Below, in pieces: positions 38,714-49,434 of a stretch of DNA of 64,000 nt. The notes below the pieces were generated by a model, which saw only the letters and a list, made by a program, of their open reading frames with translations, was not told the DNA's origin and searched no databases. Made by a program: the position numbers and the translations under genes. The stretch is taken from the NCBI GenBank assembly GCA_963818645.1, contig CAWFTF010000024.1:61493-125492 (forward strand), in the 5' to 3' direction. Within the stretch, counting starts at the first letter, position 1. The number at the start of each line of letters is the position of its first letter. Source of the DNA: an uncultured Acidobacteriota bacterium (GTDB taxonomy: Bacteria > Acidobacteriota > Vicinamibacteria > Vicinamibacterales > UBA2999).

Positions 38714-39421
38714 TTGAGGCTCGCCATTCTCTTGTTCCTCCTGTGGCTCGTGCCGTCGGCTCTTTCGGCGCAACAGACGCCAGCGACGCCGGTGGAACCG
38801 GTGGTTGTAGTCATCGGAGAAGGCCTGGTGAACGCCGTGCCCGACCGCGCCTGGATCACGATTGGCGCCGAATCGCGAGCGCCCAGTCCGCGCGAAGCGC
38901 AGCGACGCAACACCGAGTTGATGCGACCAGTGCAGGAGAAGTTGCGAAGCGCAGGTCTGCCCGCTGACGCCATCAGGACGACCGGCTACGACGTGCAGTA
39001 CGAGTGGGACTTCGTCAACGGCAAGCGTGTCGGGCGTGGATACGTCGCCCGCAACAGCATCGAGGTCAGAATCGACGCGGTGGACCGCGTCGGGGAGTAT
39101 CTCGAGATCGCCGTCGGGTCTGGCGCCACCTCGCTGAACGGCATCAAGTTCGACATGAAGGACCAGGCCAAGCTCGAACGTGAGGCCTTGCGCATGGCCG
39201 TTTCGGATGCCCGGTCGAAGGCCGAAGCGGCCGCTGCCGGCGCAGGTCGCGCCATCGACCGAATCGTGCGGATTGACGAGCAGGGAGGCGGAACCCCGCC
39301 GGTGCCGATGCCTTACATGCGCGCGGCGGCACAGACCGCGGCGGCCGACGCCGCCCCCCCGATCGCGGCCGGCCAGATCGAGATTCGTGCACGCGTCAGT
39401 CTGACCGCTGCTCTTAAGTGA
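38714..39421 (+). CDS. SIMPL/DUF541 periplasmic protein
   Basis: Signal peptide after an AGGAG RBS; V.GEG..PD.A, GY.ARN and AVSDARSKA. Confidence 0.85.
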   Translation: MRLAILLFLLWLVPSALSAQQTPATPVEPVVVVIGEGLVNAVPDRAWITIGAESRAPSPREAQRRNTELMRPVQEKLRSAGLPADAIRTTGYDVQYEWDFVNGKRVGRGYVARNSIEVRIDAVDRVGEYLEIAVGSGATSLNGIKFDMKDQAKLEREALRMAVSDARSKAEAAAAGAGRAIDRIVRIDEQGGGTPPVPMPYMRAAAQTAAADAAPPIAAGQIEIRARVSLTAALK

Positions 39422-39424
39422 CGA

Positions 39425-39483
39425 TTTCAATTCCCAATTCCAATGGAGACGATCAGTGTTGGGAGTTGGGAGTTGGGAGTTGA
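39425..39483. repeat. inverted heptamer repeat tract (CCAATTC / GAGTTGG family)
   Basis: TTCCCAA-like units facing TTGGGAG x3. Confidence 0.7.
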
Positions 39484-39504
39484 AGATTAGAATGTCCCTT
39501 TGAA

Positions 39505-40152
39505 ATGACGGCCTCGATTGACTATGCTCGCGCTCGTCGTGCGTTGATGCGTCGCGACCCGGTGATCGCGATGCTCATTCGCCAGCACGGTGAATGCGGC
39601 CTGGCCTCGTCGCAGCGGACAGACCCGTTTCATGCCCTGCTGCATGCCATCATCGCGCAGCAGTTGTCGACCAAGGCTGCCCGCACGATCGAGGGACGCT
39701 TCTCCGCGCTCTTCGACGGCGGACCCACACCCGCCGCGGTGGCGCGTGTTCCTGATGAGAAGCTTCGGGCCGTTGGCCTCAGCGGGCAGAAGCTCAAATA
39801 CATACGCGACCTGTGCGCACGGATTCTCGACGGCTCGCTCGAGCTCGACACGCTGACGGCGCTCGCAGACGACGAGGTGATTGAGGCGCTGACGAGCGTC
39901 AAAGGCATCGGACGCTGGACGGCGGAGATGTTCCTGATGTTCCGCCTGCACCGGCCGGATGTGCTCCCCGTCGGGGACCTCGGCATCGTCAAAGCCGTCC
40001 AAAGAGCGTACAAGCTTCGCGCGCTGCCCACTCCCGCGCGGCTGACGAAGATCGGGGAGACGTGGCGGCCATATCGATCGGTGGCCTGCTGGTACCTGTG
40101 GGCGAGTCTCGACGCCCGGCCGCTCAAAACGAGCAAGAACGGACGCGGCTAA
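39505..40152 (+). CDS. DNA-3-methyladenine glycosylase II (AlkA family)
   Basis: IIAQQLS, KGIGRWTAEMFLMF, DVLPVGDLG and WRPYRS. Confidence 0.92.
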   Translation: MTASIDYARARRALMRRDPVIAMLIRQHGECGLASSQRTDPFHALLHAIIAQQLSTKAARTIEGRFSALFDGGPTPAAVARVPDEKLRAVGLSGQKLKYIRDLCARILDGSLELDTLTALADDEVIEALTSVKGIGRWTAEMFLMFRLHRPDVLPVGDLGIVKAVQRAYKLRALPTPARLTKIGETWRPYRSVACWYLWASLDARPLKTSKNGRG

Positions 40153-40195
40153 CCGCTGCCGCACATTTACTCGTGCTGATGCCTGTATCTACATC

Positions 40196-43028
40196 ATGCT
40201 GAACAAATCCTACGTGAGCGTCCTCGTCGTTCTCGTCGTCGCATTGGCTGGCGTGACGAGTTGCATCGGAAAGCGAGACGCCGGCCCAGCAGTCTGCGTC
40301 GGCGTCATCCGACATTCCCAAGATCGCGTTCGAGAAGTACACGCTGCCGAACGGCCTCGACGTGATCCTGAGCCGTGACCAGCGTGTGCCGATGGTTGCC
40401 GTGAACCTGTGGTATCACGTCGGCCCTGCGAACGAAGAGCCCGGCCGCACGGGTTTCGCGCATCTGTTCGAGCACATGATGTTTCAGAGCTCGAAGCACG
40501 TGCCGCCCGACTCGCACTTCAAGCTGCTCGAGGCGGCAGGCGCAAGCGATATCAACGGCACCACCGACTACGATCGCACGAACTACTTCGAGACCGTCCC
40601 GAGCAATCAGCTCGAACTGGCGCTCTGGCTCGAGTCGGATCGCATGGGCTACCTGCTCGACAAGGTCGATCAGGCGGCGCTGTCGAACCAGCAGGACGTC
40701 GTTCGCAACGAGCGGCGCCAGAGCGTAGAGAACCAGCCGTACGGGCTCGCGGAAGAGACGCTGATTCAGAATCTCTTTCCGAACGGCCATCCCTATTACG
40801 GCAACGTCATCGGCTCTCACGCGGACATTCAGGCCGTCAAGCTCGATGACGTGAGGCGATTCTTCAAGCAGTACTACTCGCCCAACAATGCGAGCCTCGC
40901 GATCGTCGGCGACTTCGATCCCGCCCTCGCAAAGTCGCTCGTCGAGAAGTACTTCAGCACGCTGAAGCGTGGCGCGGACGTTCCTGCCATCAAGGCGGAA
41001 ACGCCGAAGATCACGTCAGAACGTCGCAAGGTTGTGAAGGCGCGCGTCGAGCTTCCTCGGGTCTACATGGCGTGGGTGACGTCGCCGATTCTCAAGCCCG
41101 GAGATGCCGATGCGGATATTGCGTCGAACGTGCTGGGCGGCGGTCGCTCCAGCCGGTTGTACAAGAAGCTCGTCTACGAGAAGCAGATCGCGCAAAGCGT
41201 GTCGGCGCAGCAGTCTTCCCTGATTCTCGGATCGGTCTTCCAGATCGAGGCAACGGCGCGTCCTGGCCACACGGTTGAAGAACTCGAGCAAGCGATCGAA
41301 GAGGAGCTGACCGCGTTCCGCTCGGCCCCTGTCGATACCAGTGAGGTCGAGCGCGCCCGCAACACGATCGAGACGAACATAATCGGCGGTCTCGAGCGCC
41401 TCGGCGGCTTCGGTGGCGTGGCCGATCGACTGAACTCCTACAACCACTATCTGGGCACGCCTGACTACCTGGCGAAGGACGTCGAGCGGTATCGCGCAGT
41501 CACCGCTGCGTCGCTCCAGTCGTTCGCGAAGGATCAGCTCACCACGAACGCACGTGTCGTGATGCACGTCGTCCCGGGTGAGCCGGAAGCAGTCGCGCAA
41601 GTGCCAACGCCACCGGCGGCCACCGCGGCACAGGCGGGCGGCGAATCGATCAACCCGGACGAGCCGTGGCGCAATCAGGTGCCGCGCGCAGGTCAGGCGC
41701 GACCGCTGCAGTTGGCGACGCCGGTATCCGCCAAGCTCGCAAACGGTCTCACGCTGATCCTGAGCGAGCGTCGCGGCCTGCCGATCGTCGCAGCCAATCT
41801 CGTGCTGCGAACGGGCAGCGATGCGAATCCGCTCGACAAGCCGGGCATGGCGAACTTCGTCGCGGCGATGCTCGATGAAGGAACAGCCAAGCGCAACGCG
41901 CTGCAGATCGCCGACGATGTGGCGAGGATGGGTGCGTCGCTGGGCACGAGCAGTTCGATGGACGCGACGACCGTCTCGGCGCGATCGCTGACGAAGAATT
42001 TCCCGGCGACGCTCGAGATTCTCTCTGACGTCGTTCTGAACCCGTCGTTCCCCGCCGAGGAGATCGAGCGCCAGCGCGCGAGCCGCCTGGCAGGACTCGT
42101 TCAGCAGCGCGACAACCCGAATCAGGTCGCCGCGCAGGTCATGGCCGCTTCGCTCTACGGCCCGAAGCATCCCTACGGATACAGCGAGGTCGGCACCGAA
42201 GCCTCGGTTAAGGCGCTTTCGAAAGATGACATGGCAGCGTTCTGGAAACAGAACTTCGTTCCGAACAACGCCGCGCTGGTTGTTGCAGGCGACATCTCGA
42301 TGGATGAACTCCGCACGATGGCTGAGAAGTCGTTTGGCGCATGGCAGGCAGGCACGCCGGCGCAACCCGCGTTGGGAGCACCGACAACGACCACCGCGAA
42401 AGTCGTAGTGGTGGACAAGCCGGGCAGTCCGCAGACGCAGGTTCGCGTCGCGAGCATCGGCGCCGCGCGATCGTCGCCGGACTTCCGTCCGATGCAGGTG
42501 ATGAATCTCGCGCTCGGCGGTCTGTTCTCGAGCCGCATCAACATGAACTTGCGCGAGCAGCATGGCTACACCTACGGTGCGTCGTCACAGTTCGCGTTCC
42601 GGCGTGCCCCGGGACCTTTTCAAGTGGCGTCCGGCGTCAGAACGGATGTGACCGGTCCCGCCGTGACGGAGATCTTCAAGGAAGTGCGCGGCATGGTTGA
42701 GCGGCCGGTCTCTGAAGAAGAACTGAAGAAAGCCAAGGACTCGATGTCCAACTCACTGCCGGGCGCGTTCGAGTCGAGCGCCAACGCCGTCAGCAACTTC
42801 TCGAACGTGTTCATCTACGACCTCGGCCTCGACTACTACACGCGCTACGCCGAGCAGGTGAACGCAGTGACGGCTGAGCAGACGCTCGCCGCCGCCAGGA
42901 AATACCTGGTGCCGGGCAGCATGATCGTTGTGGCTGTTGGAGATAAGGCCAAGATCGAGCCTCAGCTCAAGAAGCTGAACCTGGGCGCAATCGAGACGCG
43001 GGATACCGAAGGCAGGCCCACAAAGTAG
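40196..43028 (+). CDS. M16 family zinc peptidase (pitrilysin-like), exported; frameshift near 40270
   Basis: HLFEH inverted zincin motif, NGTT..DRTNY, LESDRM and a duplicated M16 half. Confidence 0.92.
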
Positions 43029-43104
43029 GTCCTCAGTCCTCGGTCCCCGGTCCACAGTCCTGGTAAGACCCACTGTGGACTGAGGACTGTGGACTGGAGA
43101 CTGA
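43029..43104. repeat. inverted heptamer repeat tract (GTCCTCA / TGAGGAC family)
   Basis: GTCCTCA/GTCCTCG/GTCCCCG/GTCCACA facing TGTGGAC/TGAGGAC/TGTGGAC. Confidence 0.75.
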
Positions 43105-43108
43105 TATA

Positions 43109-43133
43109 ATCCCGGACTAGACCAGTCGGATAT
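43109..43133. promoter_or_regulatory. IscR type-1-like Rrf2 operator at the cysM start
   Basis: ATCCCGGACT-AGACC-AGTCGGATAT just downstream of TATAAT (43105-43110). Confidence 0.6.
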
Positions 43134-44484
43134 GTCGGTTGCCACTTCCGGCCCTCTTCGAACGGCCGGCTCCGTCGTTGACCTGATCGGGAATACCCCC
43201 CTCATCCGCCTCACCAACTTCGAGGCGGGTCTGCGTAACGTGGAGCTCTATGCAAAGGCTGAGTGGCGCAATCCCGGTGGCTCCGTGAAGGATCGGCCGG
43301 CGGCCCGCATGATTGCCGACGGCGAGCGATCGGGCGCGCTGACGCACGACAAAGTGATTCTGGACGCGACGTCGGGAAACACAGGGATCGCCTACGCGAT
43401 GATCGGCGCGGCGCGTGGCTATCGCGTCAGGCTGTGCGTGCCGGAAAACGTGACGCCCGAGCGCAAGCGGATTCTGCGCGCGTTCGGGGCGGAGATCATC
43501 TTCACCGATCCGATGCAGGGGTCCGACGGCGCGATCATCAAGGCGAAGGCGCTCTATGCCGCCGAACCGGATCGCTACTTCTACGCGGATCAGTACAACA
43601 ACCCGGGTAACTGGCGCTCGCATTACGACACGACAGCGCCTGAGATTCTCGAACAGACCGGTGGCCGCCTCACCCACTTCGTCGCCGGGCTCGGCACGAG
43701 CGGCACGTTCATGGGCGTCGGCCGCAGGCTTCGCGAGGTGAATCCGTCCATTCGGCTCATCTCGGTTCAGCCCGATTCACCGCTGCACGGCCTCGAAGGT
43801 CTCAAGCACATGGAGACCGCGATCGTGCCCGGCATCTACGACCCGGCGCTCGCTGACGAAGACCTTGGCGTCAGCACCGAGGAAGCACACGAGTTGACGC
43901 GTCGCCTCGCGCAGGACGGCCTGTTCGTCGGTATCTCGAGCGGAGCGAATCTCGCAGGAGCTCTTCGCGTCGCGCGCAACACGTCGGACGCAGTGATCGT
44001 CGTGGTGTTCTGCGACGGCGGAGAGAAGTACCTCTCTGAACGCTTCTGGGATGAAGATGCGACGCCCAGGCTGACGGTTCAGCGGGATGTGGAGCAGGCG
44101 ATTCGTGCGCACGGCGCCGAGACGTATCCGAACGAATGCTGCGGCGCTCTGTACGGGCGCGACGGCGTGGTGACGGCGACGTTGGCGCTTTCGAACACGA
44201 CCGACGAGGGACCGCGACGCCGTTTCCTGGTCCGTCCGCAGGACTACGTGGCCGCCGAACGACGTGCCTCGGAGCTTGGCGCGGAGCTCCTCGGGTTCTA
44301 CCATTCGCATCCGGATCATCCTGCGCGGCCATCGCAGTACGATCTCGATCACGCGTGGCCGTTTTTCTCGTACATCATCGTGTCCGTTCGCGCGGGCAGG
44401 CCAGAGGCGATGACGTCCTGGCGGCTGCGCGAGGACCGTTCAGCCTTCGACCCGGAACGCCTGACATATGCCGAATACAATTAA
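43132..44484 (+). CDS. cysteine synthase (CysM-like) fused to a JAB/Mov34 (Mec-like) metalloprotease
   Basis: [21 protein letters not shown] and KYLS; then YPNECCG and [16 protein letters not shown] (JAMM motif). Confidence 0.85.
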   Translation: MSVATSGPLRTAGSVVDLIGNTPLIRLTNFEAGLRNVELYAKAEWRNPGGSVKDRPAARMIADGERSGALTHDKVILDATSGNTGIAYAMIGAARGYRVRLCVPENVTPERKRILRAFGAEIIFTDPMQGSDGAIIKAKALYAAEPDRYFYADQYNNPGNWRSHYDTTAPEILEQTGGRLTHFVAGLGTSGTFMGVGRRLREVNPSIRLISVQPDSPLHGLEGLKHMETAIVPGIYDPALADEDLGVSTEEAHELTRRLAQDGLFVGISSGANLAGALRVARNTSDAVIVVVFCDGGEKYLSERFWDEDATPRLTVQRDVEQAIRAHGAETYPNECCGALYGRDGVVTATLALSNTTDEGPRRRFLVRPQDYVAAERRASELGAELLGFYHSHPDHPARPSQYDLDHAWPFFSYIIVSVRAGRPEAMTSWRLREDRSAFDPERLTYAEYN

Positions 44485-45924
44485 CATTCCGACGCCGCTT
44501 CGCCCGTTCACCGACAAGAAGGAAGCCGTGGAGGTCAGCGGCACCACAGTCGGTGAGCTGCTCTCTCGATCTCACGACGCGCTACGAGGGACTCCGCAAG
44601 CATCTCTATGCCGACAACGGCAAGCTGCGGAACTTCGTGAACGTGTATCTGAACGACGAGGACATCCGCTACCTGCAGCGCGAAGCGACGCCGGTCAAGG
44701 CCGGCGACACGCTGAGCATCGTCCCGTCGGTGGCAGGTGGGGCGCCGACTACCGCGGCACCGCCCGAGACCGAGCTCTCGCCGGAAGAGATCAAGCGTTA
44801 CAGCCGGCATCTGATCATGCCGGAGATGGGCATGGACGGGCAGCGCAAGCTGAAACAGTCCAGCGTGTTGTGCATCGGCGCCGGCGGACTGGGTTCCCCG
44901 GCTGCGATGTATCTCGCTGCTGCGGGCATCGGCCGCCTCGGCATCGTCGACTTCGACGTCGTTGACTACAGCAATCTGCAGCGACAGTTGCTCCACACGA
45001 CGAACGACGTGGGGCGGACGAAGCTCGACGTCAGCGAAGGAAAAGGTCGTTGCGCTGAATCCCAACGTGCAGGTCGACACCTATGAAGAGGCGCTCTCTT
45101 CCGAGAATGCGATGCGTCTCTTCAAGGGCTACGACGTGATTCTGGATGGGACGGACAACTTCCCGACGCGATACCTCGTGAACGATGCGTGCGTGATCTC
45201 GGGGATTCCGAATGCGTACGGCAGCATCTTCCGTTTCGAGGGGCAGGCGTCGGTCTTCGCGACCAAGGACGGCCCGTGCTATCGCTGCCTCTATCCCGAG
45301 CCGCCACCGCCCGGACTCGTTCCGAGCTGCGCTGAGGGTGGAGTGCTCGGCGTGTTGCCCGGCATCATCGGTGTCATTCAAGCCACCGAATCAATCAAGC
45401 TGGTCACGGGCATCGGCGAGCCGCTCATCGGACGCTTCCTGATCTATGACGCGTTGAAGATGAAGTTCCGTGAGCTGAAGTTGAAGAAGGATCCCGAGTG
45501 CCCGGTGTGCGGCCCGAATCCGACCGTCACGAAGCTGATCGACTACGACCAGTTCTGTGGCATCGCCCCGGCTCACGCAACCGAGAACGCTGGAGGAACT
45601 GTGAGCGATTGGGAGATTACGCCGGTCGAGTTGAAGAAGAAGCTCGATGCGGGGGAGACGCCGTTGATTCTCGACGTCCGAGAGCCGAACGAGTATCAGA
45701 TCAATCGGATTCCGGGGTCGACGCTGATCCCGCTCGGCGAGCTTCCGAGGCGATATCAGGAATTGCCCCGGGACCGCGAGATCGTGGCCCAGTGCAAGAT
45801 GGGCGGCCGCAGCGCGAAGGCGATGGATTTCCTGAAAACCGTCGGGTTCACCAACGTCAAGAACCTGAAGGGCGGAATCCTGGAATGGATCGACAAGGTC
45901 GATCCGTCTCAGCCCAAGTACTGA
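44468..45924 (+). CDS. MoaD/CysO-like ubiquitin-like domain fused to MoeB/ThiF E1 and rhodanese; frameshifts near 44565 and 45030
   Basis: [26 protein letters not shown], then [34 protein letters not shown] and [13 protein letters not shown]. Confidence 0.88.
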
Positions 45925-45937
45925 ATGCCGACCGTTC

Positions 45938-45989
45938 TTGACGGGGTTTCGTAAAGGGGACTAAAATACCGACTGGAGAAGTCGGATAT
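45938..45989 (+). promoter_or_regulatory. isc promoter with an IscR type-1-like operator
   Basis: TTGACG-N18-TAAAAT overlapping ATACCGACT-GGAGA-AGTCGGATAT. Confidence 0.65.
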
Positions 45990-46000
45990 CCGGCAATGCC

Positions 46001-46502
46001 ATGTTGAGGTTGTCGAAAAAGGCTGACTACGCGCTGATCGCAATGAACCACCTTGCGCGAACGCAAGGTAGTCCCTGTGCGTCGACCAGCGCGCGTGATA
46101 TCGCGGAGCGATACGACATCCCGATCGAGCTGATGGCGAAGGTTCTTCAGCGCCTCGTTCGGACGGGACTGCTGGTATCGACGCAGGGCACGCGCGGGGG
46201 CTACATGCTCAGCAGGGCCGCCGGTGTCGATCAGCGTGGCGGACGTGATTCAGGCCATCGACGGCCCGTTTACGGTGACCGCCTGCTCGACGGAGCAGCA
46301 CGATTGCGATCAGTACAGCAAGTGCAACGTGCGCGGCCCGCTCTGGCAGATTCGAGAACGGATCGTCGCGACGCTCGGGATGGTGAGCATCGCGGAGATG
46401 GCTGCAGATAGTGAACCCGCGACCGCAGCGGCGTCGGAACTCGCCGTCGTGCGCAGGAGCGGGATACCAGCAAGCGCGGGCCACGGCCCTCGACAGGGAT
46501 GA
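46001..46502 (+). CDS. Rrf2 family regulator (IscR-like); frameshift near 46222
   Basis: [31 protein letters not shown] and C-x5-C-x5-C. Confidence 0.88.
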
Positions 46503-47719
46503 CGATGAAGCTTCCGATTTACTTGGATTACCACGCCACCACGCCGGCCGATCCGCGCGTGGTCGAGGCGATGCTCCCGTACTTCACCCAGCAGTTCGGC
46601 AACGCCGCGAGCCGCAATCACGCGTTCGGCTGGGAAGCCGAGGAGGCGGTGGAGAACGCGCGCAAGCAGGTCGCCGATCTGATCGGGGCGAGCGCCAAGG
46701 AAGTGATCTTCACGAGCGGCGCAACCGAGTCGAACAACCTGGCGATCAAGGGCGTCGCGGAGATGTACCGCGAGAAGGGCAATCACATCATCACCTGCGT
46801 CACCGAGCACAAGGCCGTCATCGATACGTGCAAGAAGCTCGAGAAGCAGGGCGCTCGCGTGACGTATCTGCCGGTCCAGAAGGACGGACGCATCAATCTC
46901 GACGAACTGCGCGCCGCGATCACGGACAAGACGATCCTCATCACCATCATGACGGCGAACAACGAGATCGGCGTGCTGCAGCCGATCGCCCAGATTGGTG
47001 CGATTGCGAAAGAGAAGGGGATCCTGTTCCACACCGACGCGGTCCAGGCGGTCGGTAAGGTTCCCGTCAACGTCAATGAGATGAAGGTCGATCTGCTGTC
47101 GCTCAGCGCGCACAAGATGTACGGCCCGAAGGGTGTCGGCGCGCTGTATGTGCGCCGTCGCAATCCGCGCGTGCTGCTCTCAGAGCAGATCAGCGGTGGT
47201 GGTCACGAGCGCGGCATGCGATCGGGCACGCTCAACGTGCCGGGCATCGTGGGCCTCGGCAAGGCCGCCGAGTTGTGCCGGCTCGAGATGGTGGCGGACA
47301 CCGAACGACTGAGCAAGCTGCGCGATCGCCTGAACGCGGGGCTTCACAAGAACCTCGACGAGCTCTACGTCAACGGCTCACTGGAGCATCGCCTGCCGCA
47401 CAGCCTGAACATCAGCTTCGCGTACGTCGAAGGCGAATCGCTGCTGATGGGCATCAACGATGTGGCGGTCTCTTCGGGCTCGGCTTGCACCTCTGCGAGC
47501 CTGGAGCCGTCCTACGTATTGAAGGCGCTTGGTGCGGGCGACGATCTCGCGCACTCGTCCATTCGTTTCGGCCTCGGCCGCTGGACGACGGAAGAAGAGG
47601 TCGACTACGTGATCGACAAGTTGACGAACGTCGTGCGCCGGCTGCGTGAGATGTCGCCGCTCTATGAAATGGTCAAAGAAGGCGTGGACCTGTCGAAGAT
47701 GCAGTGGGTGACTCACTAA
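46499..47719 (+). CDS. iscS: cysteine desulfurase
   Basis: [27 protein letters not shown] and [17 protein letters not shown]. Confidence 0.97.
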   Translation: MTMKLPIYLDYHATTPADPRVVEAMLPYFTQQFGNAASRNHAFGWEAEEAVENARKQVADLIGASAKEVIFTSGATESNNLAIKGVAEMYREKGNHIITCVTEHKAVIDTCKKLEKQGARVTYLPVQKDGRINLDELRAAITDKTILITIMTANNEIGVLQPIAQIGAIAKEKGILFHTDAVQAVGKVPVNVNEMKVDLLSLSAHKMYGPKGVGALYVRRRNPRVLLSEQISGGGHERGMRSGTLNVPGIVGLGKAAELCRLEMVADTERLSKLRDRLNAGLHKNLDELYVNGSLEHRLPHSLNISFAYVEGESLLMGINDVAVSSGSACTSASLEPSYVLKALGAGDDLAHSSIRFGLGRWTTEEEVDYVIDKLTNVVRRLREMSPLYEMVKEGVDLSKMQWVTH

Positions 47720-47757
47720 GGTCAAAAGTCAAAAGGTCAAAGGCAAAGGTGAAGTGA
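47718..47757 (+). repeat. short direct heptamer-like tract
   Basis: AAGGTCA AAAGTCA AAAGGTCA AAGGCA AAGGTGA. Confidence 0.5.
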
Positions 47758-47758
47758 A

Positions 47759-48190
47759 ATGGCTTATTCGAACAAAGTGATCGACCACTACGAGAACCCG
47801 CGCAACGTCGGGTCGCTTCCCAAGGACAGCGCCGACGTCGGGACGGGGCTGGTCGGCGCACCGGAGTGCGGCGACGTCATGAAGCTTCAGGTCCTGGTGA
47901 ATCCTGAGACCGGCATCATCGACGACGCGAAGTTCAAGACCTTCGGGTGCGGCTCGGCGATCGCCAGCTCCAGCCTCGCAACCGAGTGGCTGAAGGGGAA
48001 GACCGTCGATCAGGCGCTTGCGATCAAGAACACCGACATCGTCGCGGAGTTGTCACTGCCGCCGGTGAAGATTCACTGCTCGGTTCTTGCCGAGGACGCG
48101 ATCAAGGCCGCGATCGCGGACTACAAGACCAAGCAGGAAAAAGAGAAGGGCGTTCCGGCAACTGCAGGTCACGCGCAGCCGAACGCTTAA
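47759..48190 (+). CDS. iscU: Fe-S scaffold protein
   Basis: YENPRNVG, GAPECGD, FGCGSAIASSS and LPPVKIHC. Confidence 0.97.
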   Translation: MAYSNKVIDHYENPRNVGSLPKDSADVGTGLVGAPECGDVMKLQVLVNPETGIIDDAKFKTFGCGSAIASSSLATEWLKGKTVDQALAIKNTDIVAELSLPPVKIHCSVLAEDAIKAAIADYKTKQEKEKGVPATAGHAQPNA

Positions 48191-48191
48191 G

Positions 48192-48272
48192 CAACTCCCA
48201 GCTCCCAAGACGCCAACTCCCAACGCTGTTTGGGGTTTGGATTGGAAATTGGGGGTTGGTAGTTGGGAATTG
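48192..48272. repeat. inverted heptamer repeat tract (CCAACTC / GAGTTGG family)
   Basis: CAACTCCCAGCTCCCAAGACGCCAACTCCCAA facing TTGGGG/TTGGTAG/TTGGGAA units. Confidence 0.7.
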
Positions 48273-48274
48273 AC

Positions 48275-48598
48275 ATGATTGAGATCTCTGAGACCGCCGC
48301 ACGCAAGATTCAATCGCTCATGTCCAAGCAGGGCATCAGCGATGGCGGTCTTCGTGTGGGCGTGAAGGGTGGAGGCTGCTCCGGGTTGAGTTACACATTC
48401 GCCTGGGAGCGGCAGCCACGTCTCGGCGACGAGGTCTTCGAGGGACACGGCGCGAAGATCTTCGTGGACAAGAAGAGCTTGTTGTTTCTCAAGGGGACGA
48501 CGCTCGACTACGACACTGCGCTCCTGACGAAGGGCTTCGTGTTCAACAATCCGAACGCGAAGCAGACCTGCGGTTGCGGCAGCTCCTTTGGGGCGTAG
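48275..48598 (+). CDS. iscA: A-type Fe-S carrier
   Basis: GGGCSGLSY and NPNAKQTCGCGSSF. Confidence 0.93.
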   Translation: MIEISETAARKIQSLMSKQGISDGGLRVGVKGGGCSGLSYTFAWERQPRLGDEVFEGHGAKIFVDKKSLLFLKGTTLDYDTALLTKGFVFNNPNAKQTCGCGSSFGA

Positions 48599-48605
48599 CC
48601 GTTCC

Positions 48606-48677
48606 GTAGGCGGTATGCAGTAGGCAGTATGCCGGCTACGACGCACGGCCTACCGCCTACCGCTTACTGCCTACTGC
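48606..48677. repeat. inverted heptamer repeat tract (GTAGGCG / GCCTACC family)
   Basis: GTAGGCG GTATGCA GTAGGCA GTATGCC facing GCCTACC GCCTACC GCTTACT GCCTACT. Confidence 0.75.
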
Positions 48678-48687
48678 AAAGTGCCCG

Positions 48688-49434
48688 ATGACTCCCGACC
48701 CGATTCCTGCCCAGCCTGTCGCGACACTGGAGTGCCGAAACTGCGGTGCCGGCGCGCCCGTTGACGAGCACTTCTGTCCGCAGTGCAGCCGGATCCTGGC
48801 GCTCGGACGGCACGGTGACTACTTTTCGTTCTTCGGGTTGCCGCGGCGGCTTGTGATCGATCAGGCGCAGCTCGAGCGACGGTTCCGCGATTTGAGCCGC
48901 CAGTTTCACCCGGACTATTTCTACAACGCGGCGGCCACGGAACGGCTCGCAAGTCTGGAGCGGTCGTCGTATCTGAACGACGCGTATCGCGCGCTGCGCA
49001 ATCCGATCTCGCGGATCGAGCATCTGCTCGCGATCGAAGGGTTGCCGCCGGCGAAGTCGGAAGACCCGTCGACGAGCTCAGGGCAGGCGGCATCGAAGGT
49101 TCCGCCCGGGCTGCTCGAGGAAGTGTTCGAGTTGAACGAACAGCTCGACGAGATTCGTGAGTCGCGTGAGTCAGGCGGCGATCCGGCTGCGCTGCGCGAG
49201 CGGCTCGAGTCGGCGCGCAAACCGATCGACCTGAAGCGCGAGGAGCACGAGCGCGAAGTCGAAGCGCTGAGCGCACAGTGGGACCGGCAGGCAATGGCGA
49301 GTCCCGCGGAGAAACGCGCGACGCTCGACGCGCTGCGCGAGCGCTTGCTGGAACGGAACTACATCAACAACCTGTTGGCCTCCATCGATCGCGAGGCCCA
49401 GAGCCTGGAGCCGAAAGCCGAGAGCCGTGGGTAA
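48688..49434 (+). CDS. hscB: Fe-S co-chaperone with N-terminal CxxC...CxxC
   Basis: [14 protein letters not shown]-domain and [11 protein letters not shown]; isc operon context. Confidence 0.92.
   Translation: MTPDPIPAQPVATLECRNCGAGAPVDEHFCPQCSRILALGRHGDYFSFFGLPRRLVIDQAQLERRFRDLSRQFHPDYFYNAAATERLASLERSSYLNDAYRALRNPISRIEHLLAIEGLPPAKSEDPSTSSGQAASKVPPGLLEEVFELNEQLDEIRESRESGGDPAALRERLESARKPIDLKREEHEREVEALSAQWDRQAMASPAEKRATLDALRERLLERNYINNLLASIDREAQSLEPKAESRG

Noticed and set aside
33455..42563. Long antisense ORFs (e.g. 33455-34855, 37311-38717, 41016-42563)
   Set aside because: They mirror real genes, as expected from high-GC codon bias, and carry no motifs.
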